From NCBI GenBank assembly GCA_010015585.1, contig ML975173.1: a DNA stretch of 64,000 nt; one strand, written 5' to 3'. This DNA is from Eremomyces bilateralis CBS 781.70. Taxonomy: Eukaryota. Positions 60,901 to 64,000 of the stretch are shown in pieces. The first letter of the stretch is position 1; every line of letters begins with the position of its first letter. The translations under genes were made by a program, and so were the position numbers. The notes below the pieces were generated by a model. The model was not told the DNA's origin. It was given only the letters and a program-made list of their open reading frames with translations, and did not search any database.

Positions 60901-62836
60901 TGGAATCGGAAGGATTCAGACCTCCGGACGATCAATTGATAGAGTGTCACTAAGTACTCACTAGCGCGGGAATTAGAGAGCCGAAAGTAGTCCCTGAAGG
61001 CCTAAACGGATAGGGCAATAGGATTAATTTGCCCAAACAATGGGTCCAGTCCGTCGACCGTTCGGCACCGTTGGCATCTGCTCGTTATTCATTTGGGGGG
61101 AAGTCCTCCGTCATGGTCGTTGACTGACTGAAGTGGAGGTTGCGCGAATTGAGCATTGTTGCGGGACCTGCAATGAGGGGGTCTGCCGTGTGGTCCCTCA
61201 AGTGGAGAAAAGACTCCGGAATCTGAAATCTGAATGTGCATGTCGCATGGCCAGTCCAGATTAACCAGGTGCCCTGGCAGTTGATGGTGGTGGACTGTGG
61301 AGGGGGGTGCGCCCAGTCTAGCCCCGTCTGTATTGCATACTGTATGTTACCGGGGTACGGAGGATTAGAGTTGCATGAAGTATTCAATACTAGATGAACC
61401 TATGCCCTGGCCCGGGGGTCTGTAGGACGATATTTCGACCTTGTCGACGGACGTAAGACACACACACACACACCCACCTGGTTCTTCTGGTCGTTGGTGT
61501 ATTGCTTTTCCGTTTTCGAGACACCATCCAGGCTGTCGGATCACGGCCGATTCCAATGAAACCCCAAGGAAGGGATCCACCTTCTTTGTACATCATCCAC
61601 CCAGTCGAGATAGCGTTATTACCGTATTTCCGTACTCCGTCGAGGCTGAGGCCAAGAGCACTGTAGAGGGTCGAATGTAGAACAGGAGACCGCCGACGAT
61701 CGTCCCGCTAAGTATCGCCTAAGTCCTCGTAGGGAAGAATCACGAACCACGAGTGACCAGACTGAATTGCCCCGCGCTGACGCCCTCACGCTTTACCATC
61801 ATCATGGTCTCGTCGTAGCACCGTGGTGGGGCGTCTGGTAGGTATTACCCAATGCTGCATACAGCATTAGACATGAGTCATGTCTTATGTCCTTCGCTAT
61901 GTTACTACGTAGTATGTTCGGATTCGGAACCGGATACGACTGGTGCAGGTATTTGTTGCTCCATGATTACATGTCAGATATTGATTTGGCCAGAACGAAG
62001 CCCCTTCTCTAACTGAGTGCCGCGGAGTCCATCCCGAGTGGTGGTATATTCCATACCAAGGGCACCATTCGCAGCCGGCAAAGGAAGAAATCGGGAACCC
62101 AATCCATGCCGCGAGATTCGAGGAATCGAGGTCCTGGGAGTTCGAGAGAGAAAAGTATTCCGCCAGTCCAAGCCAGTCGTCGAGAATTGCCATTGCCGGT
62201 TTAAGGGGATGCACGAAACCATCTGTCGTCCCTCCCATTCCTCAATCGCTCCCGAGAACCAGTCAATCAGATGGTGAGCGTTCATGATGCTGTAATATCT
62301 ACGTCGTACTACGCCTGTCGAGACTCGAGACTCGAGACTCGAGCGCACCCGTTCCAACTCCCCCACCACGGACGCCACTTCTGCTGTAACACCTGCAGGC
62401 TGGAATCTCCCCGCCAGCAACTATGCCACCCGGGGGGCGGAGGGGGGAAGGCCAAGGCTTTTGAGGTATTCTTATGGGAGTACTCAAGTCTCGAGGGCTG
62501 GTGGGATAATACTCCCTATTGCTGTCAGCGGCAAATGATGCCTGGACTCTGGAGGGGCAGCCGATGGGATTATTCCGTACTGTGGGCAGTATTCCGTAGA
62601 AAGGGTGTATCAGATGCTCTCAGTGCAGTCACAACTCGCAAGCATCTGATCCATGCCCTTGTCCATGTCATTCATTCATCGAGAAAAACGCCACTCGCGC
62701 GGATGAGGAATTGAGGATCCACCACAGCGCAGCACAGCAGTCTGGCCTGGTGTAGGTGTAGGAGAAACAAAGTTACGACTTACGAAGATCGAATAATGTA
62801 CTAGACTCGACCATCCACACTAAACAAAGTAATACC

Positions 62837-62877
62837 ACACTAATCCATAACACTAATCCATAACACTAATCCATAAC
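62837..62877. repeat. Direct tandem repeat ACACTAATCCATA x3
   Basis: Directly visible, about 560 nt upstream of the HMT1-like ATG. Confidence 0.9.
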
Positions 62878-63438
62878 AAACTAAATGTAAGTATCTACCT
62901 GTACCAATTGCAATTGCCTCCGTAGACTTCGCCTCTAAACCGCCTCCAACACCAACTCTCCATTGCCTACCACTGCACGTCTGCACCGTCCGTCTTTCAT
63001 TCTCAATTCTCACTCCTCTTTCTTTCTTCCTCCTTCCTTCTATCTTCCTTCTCCTCATTCCTCTCCTCCTCCCCACTTCACTCACTTGCAAATAGTGTGT
63101 TTCCTGCCGTAGTCTGTTCCACCGATTCGAGATCGTCTTGGGATCCATGGCGAGTCTTTGACCACCCCTCCAGCAGGTCACACCTCGTTTTATCCTCTCC
63201 CCCAATTCTTCCCGATCTCGAAACGCCTACCTCGGGATTGTCCAATTCCTAACCCTTTATACTCTCTGTGCGACCAGATCCGTTCCGATCTTGCGTTGTC
63301 GTTAGATTCCTGCTCCAAGAGTTTGGCTCCTACCGCACTCAGCGTGAGACGTGTGTACTCGGATCGACGCCACTCGTTGACCCCTCCCCACCGACGACGA
63401 TCGCTTCTATACTTCGACCGGCGATATACTCGGACAAG

Positions 63439-64000
63439 ATGGCCGAAGAATGCAGACGGATCGACGACCCCTTTCTCCTCGTCGTACTTCACTATGCCTC
63501 CCCGATAATCCTCCTGTTCTTCTTCCTCGTCGCCTTCAGTCTCAACAGTATCTACACCACACCGAAGGCCACACCACCTAATCTTAATCGTAATAACTCC
63601 TATGGAAGCGTCAATGAAGTCCTGAAAGGCCCGGGCGGCAAGGCCTTACCGGCTAGATCGCCCAATCGCAGCACCAGCCTGGACCCGGTGGACAATGACA
63701 TCTCGAAGAACAAGAAGCTGCTATTCGAATGGTTGTCCGTGGCATTGGCTCTCACCTTTGCCGCAAATACGACCGTGGTCATCATCCGTGCGCTGTACTG
63801 CAGAATAGAGGAATGGTGGTGCGGTCAGAGTGTGGTGGTAAGTCTCGGAGAGTACATGCGGGCAATCTAAATCCCTTTGCGATGCTAATCAAACTCTTTG
63901 CAGATTTACCTCATCGGTTCGTTCTTCATTTACGCCCTCTTCATCATTTCCATCCTCGATACACGACTATCTCCATCCAACGCCCACCTGGCTACCTGGA
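63439..64000 (+). CDS. HMT1: Heavy-metal-tolerance ABC half-transporter (HMT1/ABCB6-like), 5' part only; intron 63838-63903
   Basis: N-terminal TM segments (YASPIILLFFFLVAF), GPGGKALP, LFEWLSV and WWCGQSVV-IYLIGSFFIY, typical of the N-terminal extension of Pezizomycotina HMT1. The ABC domain lies outside the window. Confidence 0.7.

Noticed and set aside
58000..63400. ORFs of 60-206 aa in the RTC1-HMT1 intergenic region as a transposon or gene
   Set aside because: No transposase, RT or integrase motifs, mostly non-ATG starts, and atypical composition.

Overview
A gene-dense 64 kb segment of a filamentous ascomycete (Pezizomycotina) nuclear genome, judged from short GT-AG introns with CTRAC-type branch points and typical fungal orthologues; the species cannot be determined from the sequence alone. 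In order it holds: KAR9-like (cut by the window edge and absent from the ORF track), a CH-domain-like conserved protein, a SurE-like secreted phosphatase, acylphosphatase, a TFIIIC triple-barrel subunit, VPS62-like, a hypothetical protein, RPL10, RPL30, a coiled-coil protein, a Prx5-type peroxiredoxin, SKN7, a possibly decayed orphan gene, eIF2B-epsilon, an Ariadne RBR ligase, UBC4, a Trf4-like nucleotidyltransferase, TPS2, alternative oxidase, a DSBA/FrnE-like oxidoreductase, RTC1/WDR24 and the 5' end of an HMT1-type ABC transporter. I found no tRNA, rRNA, CRISPR array or recognisable transposase. The genes are mostly housekeeping, and I see no clearly new multi-gene system. The most interesting signals are at the RNA level: stem-loops in most longer introns (a three-hairpin element in the acylphosphatase intron, a three-way junction in the RPL30 intron), a splicing-dependent uORF over the TPS2 start, a possible non-AUG NLS-bearing extension of the Ariadne ligase, and a candidate poison exon in RTC1. 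Also noted are a CGG-N7-CGG motif upstream of AOX and a reading frame broken only by TAA/TAG stops. All family calls come from recalled motifs, not database searches.
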